From Gammaproteobacteria bacterium (GTDB taxonomy: Bacteria > Pseudomonadota > Gammaproteobacteria > Steroidobacterales > PWYM01), in contig SKYU01000040.1 of NCBI GenBank assembly GCA_007127715.1, positions 8,770 through 72,769 of the forward strand: a stretch of 64,000 bases of DNA. The letters are read 5' to 3'. The translations under genes and the position numbers were made by a program. Within the stretch, counting starts at the first letter, position 1. The number at the start of each line of letters is the position of its first letter. This document shows positions 30,159 to 41,883 of the stretch, piece by piece. The notes under the pieces are model-generated. The model saw nothing but the letters and a program-made list of their open reading frames with translations. It was not told where the DNA came from and searched no databases.

Positions 30159-31141
30159 GTCGCCGCGTCGCCGCTGCCGGCCTGCGGGCTGCCCAGCAGC
30201 GCTTCCGCAAACGCCTCGGCCTCGAAAGGCTGCATGTCCTCGCGCGCCTCCCCGATACCGATGAATCGGATCGGAATCCCGAGTTCGGCCGCGATGGCGA
30301 GCAGGATTCCCCCCTTGGCCGTGCCGTCGAGCTTGGTGATCACCAGGCCGGTCACGCCCAGCGCCTCATGGAACATCCGTGCCTGGGTCAGCGCATTCTG
30401 TCCCTGGCTGGCATCGAGTACCAGCAGGGTTTCGTGCGGGGCGTGCGCGTCGAAGCGCGCCGCCACGCGACGTACCTTGCGCAGTTCGTTCATCAGGTCG
30501 GCCTGGTTGTGCAGCCGTCCGGCGGTGTCGGCCAGGACCACGTCCGTACCCCGGGCCTTTGCAGCGTTGAGCGCATCGAAGATCACCGCGGCGGGGTCGG
30601 CGCCCGTGCCCTGGGCAACCACCGGGACGGCATTGCGCTCACCCCATACCTTCAGCTGTTCGACTGCCGCGGCGCGGAAGGTGTCGCCAGCCGCCAGCAG
30701 TACCTTGAGGTGCTGTTCCCGCAAACGGTGCGCGAGCTTGCCGATGGTGGTGGTCTTGCCGGCGCCGTTGACGCCCACCACCAGGACGACGAAGGGCCGC
30801 GGTGCCTCCGGGATTGCCAGAGGGGCCTCGACCGGGGCGAGCAACTCCACGATGCGGCTTTTCAGGGCAGTGTGCAGCGCTGCGAGGTCCGTCAGTTCGG
30901 CCCGTCGGACGCGCCCGGCGAGGCCGTCCAGGACCCGCGCCGTGGTCTCGACGCCGACATCGGCCATCAGCAGGCGCGTCTCGAGTTCCTCCAGCGTGCC
31001 CTCGTCGATCCTGCCGCCGGGCATCAGCTCGCGAACATCACGGGTCAGCCATGAGTCGCCACGGTTCAGCCGCGCCCGCAGGCGGCTGAAGAAGCCTCCC
31101 TCTTCAGAGGGGGTGTCAGGTTTCTTTCTGCCGAAGATCAT
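30155..31141 (-). CDS. ftsY: signal recognition particle receptor FtsY
   Basis: Trimmed to ATG 31139-31141 (MIFGRKKPDTPSEEGGFFSRLRARL). SRP GTPase motifs are present (GVNGAGKTTT, DTAGR, TKLDG). Confidence 0.92.
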   Translation of the reverse strand: MIFGRKKPDTPSEEGGFFSRLRARLNRGDSWLTRDVRELMPGGRIDEGTLEELETRLLMADVGVETTARVLDGLAGRVRRAELTDLAALHTALKSRIVELLAPVEAPLAIPEAPRPFVVLVVGVNGAGKTTTIGKLAHRLREQHLKVLLAAGDTFRAAAVEQLKVWGERNAVPVVAQGTGADPAAVIFDALNAAKARGTDVVLADTAGRLHNQADLMNELRKVRRVAARFDAHAPHETLLVLDASQGQNALTQARMFHEALGVTGLVITKLDGTAKGGILLAIAAELGIPIRFIGIGEAREDMQPFEAEAFAEALLGSPQAGSGDAAT

Positions 31142-31263
31142 GCGCTGCGCCGGGGTGTCGCCTGTCGGGAGTGGTTCGCGATTATACGCGGGCCCCAGCC
31201 CCGACGGGTCGGCCCCACCGGCGCCAGGCACCGGTGGGCGACAGGGTGGGCGATAATGCGGGG

Positions 31264-32464
<1,201 letters not shown>

Positions 32465-32489
32465 GCCTTCCCCGTCACCTGGAGTGTCC

Positions 32490-34178
32490 ATGCCGATTTT
32501 CCGTCTGCCTGTCCTCTGCCTGATCCTCGGTTTCACCATCGCCGGGGCGGCCGCCTCGCCCGTGCCGGAGCGCCCCGGGCAGGCCGCGATCGCCAGCCCC
32601 CATCCACTGGCCACCCGCGCCGGCGAAGAGGTCCTTCGCGCTGGCGGCAATGCCTTCGATGCGGCCGTGGCCGTGAGCGCGGCGCTGGCCGTGGTCGAGC
32701 CTTATGGCTCGGGCCTTGGCGGGGGCGGTTTTTTCCTGCTGCACCGAGCCGAAGACGGCCACCAGGTCATGGTGGATGCGCGGGAGACGGCGCCGGCGGC
32801 GGCACACCGTGACATGTTCGTCGACGAGCAGGGGGCGCGGATTCCGGGGCTGTCGCTGGATACCGTACTCGCGGCGGGGATTCCGGGGCTGCCGGCGGCA
32901 TTGGTCCATGTGTCGCGCGAGTACGGGCGCCTGCCGCTCGGCACGGTGCTTGCGCCGGCAATCCGCTACGCCGAAGAGGGCTTCGAAGTCTATCCGCGCC
33001 TGCGTACCGGCCTGGAGCGCAAGCGCGCGGAACTGGAGGCCTCACCCGCCAGCGCCGAGGTGTTCTTCCCCGGCGGCGAACTGCCGGCGCTGGGCGCGCT
33101 GCTGCGGCAGCCCGACCTGGCGCGAACCCTGCGCCGTCTGGCGGAGCAGGGCCACGAGGGCTTCTACCAGGGCGCGGTGGCCGAGGCGCTGGTCGCCGCC
33201 GTACAGGCCGACGGGGGGCTGTGGACGCTTGAAGACCTGGCCGGTTACCGCGTGGTCGAACGTGAACCCATCGTCTCGCGCTATCGGGACGCGCGTATCG
33301 TTTCAGCCCCGCCACCCTCGTCGGGGGGCGTGGCGCTGGCCACGATCCTGAATATCCTCGAGGGCTACGACCTGGCCGCAAAGCCGGCGGATCTCGCCAC
33401 GCACCTGGTGGTCGAGGCGATGCGCCGCGGCTATCGTGACCGCGCGCTCTACCTGGGCGATCCGGATTTCGTGGATGTCCCGGTGGCACGGCTCGTGCAC
33501 CCCATGTACGCCGCAGGGCTGCGTGCCTCCATCCGCACCGACCGGGCGCTGCCGAGTGACCTGCTGCCCGGTATCCAGGCTCGGGAAGAGGCGCCGCAGA
33601 CCACCCATTTCTCGATCATCGATGCCGACGGCAACCGCGCGGGCGTGACGCAGACCCTCAATTTCTGGTTTGGCAGCGGCATCATGGCAGCCGGCACCGG
33701 AGTCCTCCTCAATAACGAGATGGACGATTTCTCCGCACGCCCCGGCGTTCCGGACGGCTTCGGTCTGGTGACCGGGCTCGGCAACGCCATCGAACCGGGC
33801 AAGCGCATGCTCTCGAGCATGACGCCGACTTTCGTGGAGTCCCCCCAGGGGGTCGCGATACTCGGGACGCCGGGCGGCAGCCGGATCATCTCCATGGTGC
33901 TGCTGGGCGTGCTCGCGCGGGTCGATGGTCAGGCCTCGGCGCGCGAGATGGTCGAGCGTCGCCGGTTCCATCACCAGTACCTGCCTGACGTGCTGGTGCA
34001 TGAGCCCGGGGCGCTGGACGAGGCCATGGCCGAGGCCCTCCGTCGCCGCGGCCACCTGCTCGAGGAGACCACGCGGGATTACGGCAATCTCAAGGTCGTG
34101 ACCTGGGACCATGCCGACAACCGGGTCGAGGCGGCGACGGACCCCCGCGGCGAGATGGGCGAGGCGCTGGTCTACTAG
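32490..34178 (+). CDS. ggt: gamma-glutamyltransferase
   Basis: ATG 32490 is preceded by GGAG (32481-32484); the track start at 32484 is a GTG. It has a signal peptide, GGNAFDAAVA, PYGSGLGGGGF and the autoprocessing site TTHFSIIDADGN. Confidence 0.93.
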   Translation: MPIFRLPVLCLILGFTIAGAAASPVPERPGQAAIASPHPLATRAGEEVLRAGGNAFDAAVAVSAALAVVEPYGSGLGGGGFFLLHRAEDGHQVMVDARETAPAAAHRDMFVDEQGARIPGLSLDTVLAAGIPGLPAALVHVSREYGRLPLGTVLAPAIRYAEEGFEVYPRLRTGLERKRAELEASPASAEVFFPGGELPALGALLRQPDLARTLRRLAEQGHEGFYQGAVAEALVAAVQADGGLWTLEDLAGYRVVEREPIVSRYRDARIVSAPPPSSGGVALATILNILEGYDLAAKPADLATHLVVEAMRRGYRDRALYLGDPDFVDVPVARLVHPMYAAGLRASIRTDRALPSDLLPGIQAREEAPQTTHFSIIDADGNRAGVTQTLNFWFGSGIMAAGTGVLLNNEMDDFSARPGVPDGFGLVTGLGNAIEPGKRMLSSMTPTFVESPQGVAILGTPGGSRIISMVLLGVLARVDGQASAREMVERRRFHHQYLPDVLVHEPGALDEAMAEALRRRGHLLEETTRDYGNLKVVTWDHADNRVEAATDPRGEMGEALVY

Positions 34179-34216
34179 CAGCCGGGCGCCTGCCGGCCGC
34201 CGGGGCGGTGCCCCGG

Positions 34217-35032
34217 TCAGCGCTGGCAGGTGTGACAGAAATAACTTGCCCGCTGGCCGATGACCTCCTGGCGGATCGGGGCGCCGCAGCCCGGGCAGGG
34301 CTCGCCCGCGCGACCATAGACGCGCAGATGCTGGCGGAAATAGCCGGGGCGCCCCTCGCTGTCGGTGAAGTCGCGCAGGGTGGTGCCCCCGGCGTCGATG
34401 GCGGCGGCCAACACCTCGCGGATGGCCGCCGCCAGGCGCTGCATACGCGCCAGAGAGATCCGTCCCGCCGGCCGACGCGGGTGGATGCCGGCCTGAAACA
34501 GCGCTTCCGAGGCGTAGATATTGCCCACGCCCACCACCACCCGGGCGTTCATGATGAACGGTTTCACCGCCACGCGCAGGCCACGCGCGGCGCGGTAGAG
34601 CCACTCGCCGTCAAACTCCCGCCCCAGGGGCTCGGGTCCGAGATGGGCCAGCAGTGGATGCCCCGCCGGGTCGCCCTCCAGCCAGTGCAGTGACCCGAAC
34701 CGCCGCGGATCGTTGAACCGGACACATCGTCCGGAGTCGAGTACGAGATCGACATGATCGTGCCGGGCGGCTGGCAGGGCTGCCGGCACCACCCGCAGCG
34801 ACCCCGACATCCCGAGGTGCAGCAGCCCCGTGCCCCGGTCGGTGCCGATCAGCAGATACTTGGCCCGCCGGCCGACCTGCATCACGCGGGCCCCGGCGAC
34901 GCTCTGCTCCATGCCGGTGGCCAGTGGCCAGCGCAGCCGCCGTTCGCGCACCACCAGCTGCTCGATGCGGGCACCTTCCAGGTGGGGCGCGATGCCCCGG
35001 CGGGTGGTTTCGACCTCCGGGAGTTCAGGCAT
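34217..35032 (-). CDS. mutM: formamidopyrimidine-DNA glycosylase
   Basis: Trimmed to [13 protein letters not shown]. It has a C-terminal zinc finger ([25 protein letters not shown]). Confidence 0.95.
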   Translation of the reverse strand: MPELPEVETTRRGIAPHLEGARIEQLVVRERRLRWPLATGMEQSVAGARVMQVGRRAKYLLIGTDRGTGLLHLGMSGSLRVVPAALPAARHDHVDLVLDSGRCVRFNDPRRFGSLHWLEGDPAGHPLLAHLGPEPLGREFDGEWLYRAARGLRVAVKPFIMNARVVVGVGNIYASEALFQAGIHPRRPAGRISLARMQRLAAAIREVLAAAIDAGGTTLRDFTDSEGRPGYFRQHLRVYGRAGEPCPGCGAPIRQEVIGQRASYFCHTCQR

Positions 35033-35207
35033 GCACGGAACCTTGACCGTGGCAGCCGGTCCACAGGGGACCTGCACAATACGTGTGATCCCTCACTGAC
35101 GGCGGTCCCCGAGTCCTCTATAGTGCGGCTGCTGGCGCGTGGAGACGCCGGTGTGCCCGGGCCCCGGCCCGTTTCGGACCATTTCCGACCATTCCAAGGA
35201 TTGATTG

Positions 35208-36404
35208 ATGCCTGCTGACTATCTCTACGGCCTGCTGGGTCTGAGCTTCTGGGGCTACGTGCTGGCCGCGTTCATCATGGTACAGGTGACCATGATGGCG
35301 GTCACGCTGTACCTGCACCGCGATGCCGCGCACCGTGCCCTCGACCTGCACCCGGTGCTGCGCCACTTCTTCCGGCTGTGGATCTGGATGACCAGCGGTA
35401 TGCTCACCCGCGAGTGGGTGGCCGTGCACCGCAAGCATCACGCCATGTGCGAGAAGCCCGGCGACCCCCACAGCCCGGTCGTCTTCGGCCTGAAGCGCGT
35501 GCTCACCGAGGGCGCGGAACTCTACCGCGAAGAGACGCAGAACCCCGCGACGCTGGAAAAATACGGGCGCGGCACCCCTGATGACTGGGTGGAGCGCAAC
35601 ATCTACTCGCGTTTCCCGTGGGCCGGCATTCTGGCCATGGTGCTGCTTGATCTGCTGCTGTTCGGCGTCCCCGGGATCATCATCATCGCGGTGCAGATGG
35701 CCGCCATGCCGGTGTTCGCGGCGGGTGTCATCAACGGGCTCGGTCATCACACGGGCTACCGCAATTTCGAATCCGACGACGCCTCGACCAACCTCGTGCC
35801 ATGGGGCCTGCTGATCGGCGGCGAGGAGCTGCACAACAACCACCACGCCTTCCCGAGCTCGGCCAAGTTCTCCATGCGCCCCTGGGAGTTCGACATCGGC
35901 TGGCTGTACATCCGGGTGTTCCAGGCCGTGGGCCTGGCGAAGGTGCGCCGGGTGGCGCCGCGGCCGAAGGTCAAGCCTGCACCCGGCCGGACGGTGGATC
36001 TCGATACCCTGCGCGCAGTCATCGTGAACCGCATGCACGTGCTGCGTGAATACACCCGTCATGTGACCCTGCCGGTGTTCCGCATGGAGCTGCGCGAGAG
36101 TGGCAATGCCCTGCTGCGCCGGGACCGCGGGCTGCTGGTGCGCCAGCCCGAGCTGCTCGACGAGTCGGCGCGGGCCCAGCTGGCAGAGGTGCTGGATCAC
36201 CGTCCCGCGCTGGCCACCGTGGTCGAGTACCGTGAGCGCCTGCGCGAGCTGTGGAACGGTGCCGCGCAGAGCAACGACAAGCTGCTGGCTCAGCTGGCCG
36301 ACTGGGTGCACGAGGCGGAGCACTCGGGCATCAAGGCGCTGCAGGACTTCGCCGCGCGTGTCCGGGGGTATGCACTGACACCACAGGCCAGCGCCCCGGC
36401 CTGA
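35208..36404 (+). CDS. membrane fatty-acid (acyl-lipid/acyl-CoA) desaturase
   Basis: ATG 35208 follows AAGGA (35196-35200). Three His boxes are present (HRDAAH; HRKHH; HNNHH), and the N-terminus is hydrophobic. Confidence 0.88.
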   Translation: MPADYLYGLLGLSFWGYVLAAFIMVQVTMMAVTLYLHRDAAHRALDLHPVLRHFFRLWIWMTSGMLTREWVAVHRKHHAMCEKPGDPHSPVVFGLKRVLTEGAELYREETQNPATLEKYGRGTPDDWVERNIYSRFPWAGILAMVLLDLLLFGVPGIIIIAVQMAAMPVFAAGVINGLGHHTGYRNFESDDASTNLVPWGLLIGGEELHNNHHAFPSSAKFSMRPWEFDIGWLYIRVFQAVGLAKVRRVAPRPKVKPAPGRTVDLDTLRAVIVNRMHVLREYTRHVTLPVFRMELRESGNALLRRDRGLLVRQPELLDESARAQLAEVLDHRPALATVVEYRERLRELWNGAAQSNDKLLAQLADWVHEAEHSGIKALQDFAARVRGYALTPQASAPA

Positions 36405-36420
36405 GGTCGCCGCCAAAACG

Positions 36421-36449
36421 AAAAAGGCCCGCTCATGCGGGCCTTTTTT
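36421..36449. terminator. bidirectional rho-independent terminator
   Basis: AAAAAGGCCCGC-TCAT-GCGGGCCTTTTTT: a 7-bp GC stem flanked by an A-run and a T-run. It lies between the convergent desaturase and rpmG. Confidence 0.75.
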
Positions 36450-36505
36450 CTGTTCCTCGACAGCCCTGAGCGGCCACCGGGGCCGCCAGTCGGACCGTAT
36501 GAGGC

Positions 36506-36661
36506 CTACTTGATCTTGGCTTCCTTGTAGAGCACGTGCTTGCGTGCCTTGGGGTCGTACTTCTTCACTTCCATCTTCTCCGGATGGAGCCGACGGTTCT
36601 TGGTGGTGGTGTAGAAGTGACCCGTCCCGGCAGAGGACACGAGCTTGATCTTGTCGCGCAT
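36506..36661 (-). CDS. rpmG: 50S ribosomal protein L33
   Basis: Not in the ORF track (51 aa); translated by hand as [51 protein letters not shown]. Confidence 0.95.
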   Translation of the reverse strand: MRDKIKLVSSAGTGHFYTTTKNRRLHPEKMEVKKYDPKARKHVLYKEAKIK

Positions 36662-36674
36662 CGCCTGGTTCTCC

Positions 36675-36911
36675 TCAGATCTTCTCGCCGCGGGCGCGCA
36701 TATCGGCCACGACCTGCTCGATGCCGCGCTTGTCGATGGTGCGAAGCCCCTGGTTCGACACGCGAAGCTTCACGAAGCGCCGCTCGCTCTCCAGCCAGAA
36801 GCGGTGCGTGTGCAGGTTCGGCAGGAAGCGCCGCCGCGTCTTGTTATTGGCGTGGGAGACGTTATTGCCCGTCATCGGGCCCTTCCCCGTCACCTGGCAA
36901 ACCCTGGACAT
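36675..36911 (-). CDS. rpmB: 50S ribosomal protein L28
   Basis: Track ORF trimmed to [33 protein letters not shown]..., 78 aa. Confidence 0.95.
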   Translation of the reverse strand: MSRVCQVTGKGPMTGNNVSHANNKTRRRFLPNLHTHRFWLESERRFVKLRVSNQGLRTIDKRGIEQVVADMRARGEKI

Positions 36912-36972
36912 GATGACATCCCTCAAATGCGAACCGGACACCAAGCCACAGGTGCCCGACAAAAGAGCGGGG

Positions 36973-37001
36973 ATTCTACCCGCTGTCTCCGGCGACGGCA
37001 A
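36973..37001 (-). promoter_or_regulatory. candidate sigma-70 promoter for rpmB-rpmG (TTGCCG-N17-TAGAAT)
   Basis: The minus strand reads ggTTGCCGtcgccggagacagcgggTAGAATcc, about 60-90 nt upstream of the rpmB ATG. Confidence 0.4.
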
Positions 37002-37034
37002 CCAGATGTAGGTCCCAGATTTCGCGGTGAGGAT

Positions 37035-37685
37035 TCAGAGCAGCCCGCGCGCCGCCAGCGAGACGCAGCCCCCGGCGCTCACGACCAGGTGGTCGAGCAC
37101 GCGGATGTCGACCAGGCCCAGTGCGGCCCGCAGGCGCCGGGTGATCTGCTCGTCGGCGATACTGGGCTCGGCCACGCCCGAGGGGTGGTTGTGCGCCAGG
37201 ATGACCGCGGCGGCATTGTGCGCCAGCGCGCTCTTGACGACCTCCCGCGGGTAGACGGAGGCACCGTCGACCGTGCCGCGGAAGAGCACATCCGGGTGTA
37301 TCAGGCGGTGGCGGTTGTCCAGGTGCAGGCACATGAACAGCTCGTGCTCGAGCGGGCCGAGCGCCGCGCGCAGCCAGGCCTCGGTGGCGGCGGGATTGTC
37401 TAGCAGCGGCCGTGTGGCCAGTGGCGCGGCCAGGCTGCGCAGGTGCAGTTCGCGGGCTGCCTGCAGCCTCGCCCAGGCCGCCAGCCCGGTGGTGCCGGGG
37501 AAGGCGCTGCGTGGGGCATGAAACAGGCCGGCCACGCCGCGACCGCTGCGGATCAGCTCACGGGCCACGCCCCCGGGGCGCCGGCGCCCAAGGACCAGGG
37601 CGAGCAGTTCGCAGTCTTCCAGGCTGTGGGCGCCGCGCCGGGAGAGGCGTTCGATGAGCGGGTTGGGTGTCGTCATGGTGACCAT
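37035..37685 (-). CDS. radC: RadC-like JAB-domain protein (UPF0758)
   Basis: 216 aa with the JAMM motif (ILAHNHPSGVAEPS) and an N-terminal HhH-like region. Conserved position between rpmB and coaBC. Confidence 0.9.
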   Translation of the reverse strand: MVTMTTPNPLIERLSRRGAHSLEDCELLALVLGRRRPGGVARELIRSGRGVAGLFHAPRSAFPGTTGLAAWARLQAARELHLRSLAAPLATRPLLDNPAATEAWLRAALGPLEHELFMCLHLDNRHRLIHPDVLFRGTVDGASVYPREVVKSALAHNAAAVILAHNHPSGVAEPSIADEQITRRLRAALGLVDIRVLDHLVVSAGGCVSLAARGLL

Positions 37686-37799
37686 TGAACGTCAGGCGGG
37701 TCGTGGCGGCGAGCCCTCAATCTCGGCAGTTCGCCGATGAGTGGCAATCCGGCGGGCCCGTCCGTAAGCTTGGCCGGCGTCGATCGGAGGGAGAACGGT

Positions 37800-39011
37800 G
37801 TGACCGGCCAACAGCGGGTGCTTCTTGGTGTGACCGGGGGAATCGCGGCGTACAAGAGCGCCGAACTGGTCCGCCTTCTGCGCGAGCGCGGCTGTGAGGT
37901 TCAGGTCGTGATGACCCGCGGCGCGCGCGAGTTCATCGGGGCGGCCACCCTGCAGGCCCTCTCCGGCCGGCCGGTACGAGAGGACCTCTGGGATGCGGCG
38001 GCAGAGGCGGCCATGGGTCACATCGAGCTTGCCCGCTGGGCCGACTGCGTGCTGATCGCCCCGGCCACCGCCCAGTGCATCGCCCGTCTGGCCCACGGCC
38101 TGGCCGACGATCTCCTGAGCACGCTGTGTCTCGCGACCGACGCCCCGGTCTACCTCGCCCCCGCCATGAACCGGCTGATGTGGGCTCATCCGGCAACCCG
38201 CGCCAACTGTGGGACGCTTGAGGCGCGTGGCGTGACGCTGCTGGGCCCCGGCATCGGCGCTCAGGCCTGTGGTGAAACCGGGCCCGGTCGCATGCTCGAG
38301 CCTGAGGCCCTGGTGGCGGCGCTGCTGGAGGGCGCGGCGCCCGGGCCACTGAGCGGCCGGACCGTGATGATCACCGCCGGGCCGACCCGGGAGCCCATCG
38401 ATCCGGTGCGCTATCTCACCAACCGCAGCTCGGGCAAGATGGGTTTCGCACTGGCGGCCGCGGCCCGCAGGGCTGGCGCGCGGGTGCTGCTGGTGAGCGG
38501 GCCGGTCGCCCTGTCCACACCGCCCGGTGTCGAGCGCATCGATGTCGAGACTGCTGCACAGCTCGACGAGGCGGTCCATGCCCGTATCCGGGATTGCGAT
38601 GTCTTCATCGGGGCGGCGGCGGTGGCCGACTACCGCCCCCGTGACTACGCAGAACAGAAGATCAAGAAAAGCGCGGCCAGCCTGACGCTGGCGCTGGATC
38701 GGGCGCCTGACGTGCTCGCCGGGGTGGCCGCTCTCGAACCGCGACCCTACACGGTCGGCTTCGCCGCCGAGACCAACGATGTCGAGCGCCACGCGCGCGA
38801 GAAACTCGAACGCAAGCAGCTGGACATGATCGTGGCCAACCGGGTCGGCCCCGGCCGCGCATTCGACACGGATGACAACGAAGTGCTGGTGCTCTGGCCC
38901 GACGGCAGCCAACAGGCCTTCGGCCAGGCGCCCAAGCGCGAGCTGGCCGATGCCCTGTTGGCGCTTATCGCCACACGCAGCGGCCTGTCCGGCCATGGGA
39001 TGCGGCCATGA
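37800..39011 (+). CDS. coaBC: bifunctional phosphopantothenoylcysteine decarboxylase / phosphopantothenate-cysteine ligase
   Basis: GTG 37800 is preceded by GGAGGGAG (37786-37793) and gives [19 protein letters not shown], matching the E. coli Dfp N-terminus in length. The upstream ATG 37737 is an alternative start. Confidence 0.92.
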   Translation: MTGQQRVLLGVTGGIAAYKSAELVRLLRERGCEVQVVMTRGAREFIGAATLQALSGRPVREDLWDAAAEAAMGHIELARWADCVLIAPATAQCIARLAHGLADDLLSTLCLATDAPVYLAPAMNRLMWAHPATRANCGTLEARGVTLLGPGIGAQACGETGPGRMLEPEALVAALLEGAAPGPLSGRTVMITAGPTREPIDPVRYLTNRSSGKMGFALAAAARRAGARVLLVSGPVALSTPPGVERIDVETAAQLDEAVHARIRDCDVFIGAAAVADYRPRDYAEQKIKKSAASLTLALDRAPDVLAGVAALEPRPYTVGFAAETNDVERHAREKLERKQLDMIVANRVGPGRAFDTDDNEVLVLWPDGSQQAFGQAPKRELADALLALIATRSGLSGHGMRP

Positions 39012-39478
39012 GTGCCTCTGCGCCGGTGCGCGTGCAGCTGCGCGTGCTGGACGAGCGGCTGGGCAAGCAGTTCCCGCTGCCTGAATACGCGACAGCAGGT
39101 TCCGCCGGGGTCGATCTGCGTGCCTGCCTGGATGACGCGCTCACGCTGTCTCCCGGCGGGACTGCGCTGGTACCCAGCGGTATGGCCATCCATCTGGAAG
39201 ACCCGGGTCTTGCCGCGGTCATCCTGCCCCGATCGGGCCTGGGGCACAGGCATGGGTTGGTGTTGGGTAATCTGGTGGGTCTGATCGATTCGGACTACCA
39301 GGGTCAGCTGATGGTCTCGTGCTGGAATCGAGGCCAGGCGCCATTCACCATCGAGCCCGGCGAACGGATCGCACAGCTTGTGATCGTGCCCGTGCTGCAG
39401 GCGCAGTTCGAGGTGGTCGACAGCTTCACCGCAAGCGCGCGCGGCGAGGGCGGCTTCGGGCATACCGGGCGGCGCTGA
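39008..39478 (+). CDS. dut: dUTP diphosphatase
   Basis: ATGA overlap with coaBC. Motifs are [35 protein letters not shown] and [11 protein letters not shown]. Confidence 0.95.
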   Translation: MSASAPVRVQLRVLDERLGKQFPLPEYATAGSAGVDLRACLDDALTLSPGGTALVPSGMAIHLEDPGLAAVILPRSGLGHRHGLVLGNLVGLIDSDYQGQLMVSCWNRGQAPFTIEPGERIAQLVIVPVLQAQFEVVDSFTASARGEGGFGHTGRR

Positions 39479-39556
39479 GGGCGCGGCTCCCCATGGGCCC
39501 GGATCGCGTCGGCCTCGACGTCAGGGCGGCGCGGGGCGCCTCAGGGGTGAGTCGGC

Positions 39557-40216
39557 TCAGTCCGGCTGCCTGGGTTGCCGTTCGGCCTGCAGCTGCTCGA
39601 AACGCAGGATATCCGCCTCGAAGCGGTCCATCAGCCGGCGCTGCTCCTCGCGACCCTGCTCGATCGTCCGTTCGTAATCCAGCACCGCGCCCTGCACCGT
39701 GGCGAGATCCCGCGCGAGATCGTCCGGGATACGTTCGGCCTCGGGGTCGTCGCTGTAGGGCCGATACTCTGCCGCGAGGGTTTCCAGCGTATGCAGCTGC
39801 TGGTAGAGCCGCTCCAGGGTGCTTGCGGTGACATCCAGCTGGGCCTGCAGCATTTCCAGCCGCCGGTCGCGCAGCATGCGGATCTCCTCGACCGACAGGT
39901 AGGTGTCGAGCAGCACGCGGTCACGGCGCTGCTGGGCCATCCGCTCGGCGCGGGCCTCGGCTTCGCGCGCCTCCGCTTCGCGCGCGGCTTCCGACCGCGC
40001 GCCCTCCCGCGTGCCCACGGCAACCCCGTGACGGTTGAGCACATCGCTGCGCTGATCCGCGTACTCCGGCGGGATGCGGTCGCCATAGTGGACCACGCCC
40101 TCGTCATCGACCCAGCGGTAGGTCGGACTGGCCTGCAGCAGGCCGCTGACCAGCACCGCGCACAGGGCGGTCAGTATCAGCAGCAACGGCGGGCGGATGC
40201 GCAGAGTCGGTATCAT
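39557..40216 (-). CDS. DUF4124 domain-containing protein with coiled-coil C-terminus
   Basis: Trimmed to MIPTLRIRPPLLLILTALCAVLVSG (signal/anchor). The DUF4124 motif is YRWVDDEGVVHYGDRIPPEY, followed by an E/R-rich helical tail. Confidence 0.75.
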   Translation of the reverse strand: MIPTLRIRPPLLLILTALCAVLVSGLLQASPTYRWVDDEGVVHYGDRIPPEYADQRSDVLNRHGVAVGTREGARSEAAREAEAREAEARAERMAQQRRDRVLLDTYLSVEEIRMLRDRRLEMLQAQLDVTASTLERLYQQLHTLETLAAEYRPYSDDPEAERIPDDLARDLATVQGAVLDYERTIEQGREEQRRLMDRFEADILRFEQLQAERQPRQPD

Positions 40217-40334
40217 GCCCCGACGATAGCAGACCCGGGCGGGAGCGCCTACGGGTGGGATGTGCACCCCGTCACGCCTGTGGCTGAAATATTGCGACCT
40301 GGGCCGCGGCCCGGGCAGCAGGATGGGCGATTGT

Positions 40335-40997
40335 TCAGCCCGGGGTGTCGCCGCTGTCGACGCCGTAGCGGTTGCGGTAGGCCTGCACGGCCGGCAGATG
40401 CTGGCCGAATTCGCTGGACTCCTCGAGGTGATCGATGAGGTCTTCCAGGCGCACGATACTGCGTACAGGCACGCTCAGCGCCGCCTCGACCTCCTGTACG
40501 GCCGAGCGCGTGCCCTTGCCGAGCTCCTGGCGGTCGAGCGAGATCACCACCCCGGCGGGTTCGGCGCCCTGTGTGCGGATGAGGTTGACCGCTTCGCCGA
40601 TCGCCGTGCCCGCGGTGATGACGTCGTCGACGATCAGCACCCGCCCCTGCACCGGCGCACCGATGGTGACGCCCCCTTCGCCATGCGTCTTGGCTTCCTT
40701 GCGGTTGAATGCGAAGGGAAAGTCCTCGTCATGGTGTTCGGCCAGCGCAGCGGCAGCCAGCGCCACCAGCGGGATACCCTTGTAGGCGGGTCCGAAGAGC
40801 ATGTCGAACTCGATGCCTGAGTCGGCGATCGCAGCGGCGTAATATCGGCCGAGCTTCGCTGCGGCATAGCCGGTATTGAACAGCCCGGCGTTGAAGAAAT
40901 AAGGGCTGACGCGACCCGACTTCAGCCGGAACTCGCCGAATTTCAGGACGCCAAGCTCGAGCGCCAGTTCGAGAAATTGTGACTTGTAGGCCTGCAT
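40335..40997 (-). CDS. pyrE: orotate phosphoribosyltransferase
   Basis: 220 aa with [21 protein letters not shown] and the PRPP-binding motif [13 protein letters not shown]. Confidence 0.95.
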   Translation of the reverse strand: MQAYKSQFLELALELGVLKFGEFRLKSGRVSPYFFNAGLFNTGYAAAKLGRYYAAAIADSGIEFDMLFGPAYKGIPLVALAAAALAEHHDEDFPFAFNRKEAKTHGEGGVTIGAPVQGRVLIVDDVITAGTAIGEAVNLIRTQGAEPAGVVISLDRQELGKGTRSAVQEVEAALSVPVRSIVRLEDLIDHLEESSEFGQHLPAVQAYRNRYGVDSGDTPG

Positions 40998-41109
40998 GTG
41001 AGCGCTTGCAGTGCGGATGAGCGTTTATGATACACCCGTGCGCCTGTCCGGTCAGGCGTCTGTCGACGGCCCAGCGGCCCTATCCCTACCCCAGGATCTT
41101 CTCTGCTGC

Positions 41110-41883
41110 ATGCGTATCATCAGCCTGAACGCCAACGGCATCCGCGCCGCCCATCGCAAAGGTTTCTTCGACTGGCTCGCCACCCAGGACGCCGATGTCA
41201 TCTGCATCCAGGAGACCAAGGCCCAGCAGCACCAGCTGACCGATCCGGCCTTCCGCCCGGAGGGCTATCACTGCTGGTATGTGGATGCCGAGAAGCCCGG
41301 CTACAGCGGTGTGGCCCTCTATGCGCGAAAGCGCCCCCGGAAAGTCATCACCTCGCTTGGCATGGCTGAGTTCGATGCCGAGGGCCGCTATGTCGAGGCC
41401 CAGTTCGATGACATCGCGGTCGTGTCCGTGTACCTGCCGTCAGGCAGTTCCAGCGATGCCCGGCAGGAGGCCAAGTGGCGGTTTCTCGACGGTTTCGGTG
41501 CCCATCTCGAGCGGCTGCGCCGACGCCGCCGCGAGTATGTGCTGTGCGGGGACTGGAACATCGCCCACAAGCCGATCGATCTCAGGAACTGGAAGGGCAA
41601 CCAGAAGAATTCAGGCTTCCTGCCCGAGGAGCGGGCCTGGATGGACGAGCTGTTCGGGCGCCGCGGTTTCGTCGACGCGTTCCGGCAGGTCAACGACCAG
41701 CCTGATCAGTACACCTGGTGGTCCAATCGCGGCCGGGCGCGCGAGAACAACGTCGGGTGGCGGATCGACTACCACGTCGTCACGCCGGGGCTGGCGGCTC
41801 GTGTGCAGCGGGCGGAGGTCTACAAGGACAGCTGGTTCTCCGATCATGCGCCGCTGACCATCGACTATGACCACGAGCTCTGA
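41110..41883 (+). CDS. xthA: exodeoxyribonuclease III
   Basis: Trimmed to ATG 41110 (MRIISLNANGIRAA). Motifs are DVICIQETK, GDWNIAHKPIDL and SDHAPL. Confidence 0.93.
   Translation: MRIISLNANGIRAAHRKGFFDWLATQDADVICIQETKAQQHQLTDPAFRPEGYHCWYVDAEKPGYSGVALYARKRPRKVITSLGMAEFDAEGRYVEAQFDDIAVVSVYLPSGSSSDARQEAKWRFLDGFGAHLERLRRRRREYVLCGDWNIAHKPIDLRNWKGNQKNSGFLPEERAWMDELFGRRGFVDAFRQVNDQPDQYTWWSNRGRARENNVGWRIDYHVVTPGLAARVQRAEVYKDSWFSDHAPLTIDYDHEL

Noticed and set aside
29283-31256. 657-aa plus-strand ORF opposite ftsE/ftsY.
   Set aside because: It is antisense to genes carrying Walker and SRP-GTPase motifs, and its sequence is Ser/Arg/Ala/Pro-rich nonsense.
37035-37685. RadC/JAB gene as a marker of a mobile or defence element.
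   Set aside because: It sits in the conserved rpmB-radC/coaBC-dut core position with no neighbouring mobile or toxin-like genes.
35118-38996. Long minus-strand ORFs opposite the desaturase (35118-36416) and coaBC (37692-38996).
   Set aside because: Both are antisense to well-supported genes and have no motifs; they are GC-driven open frames.
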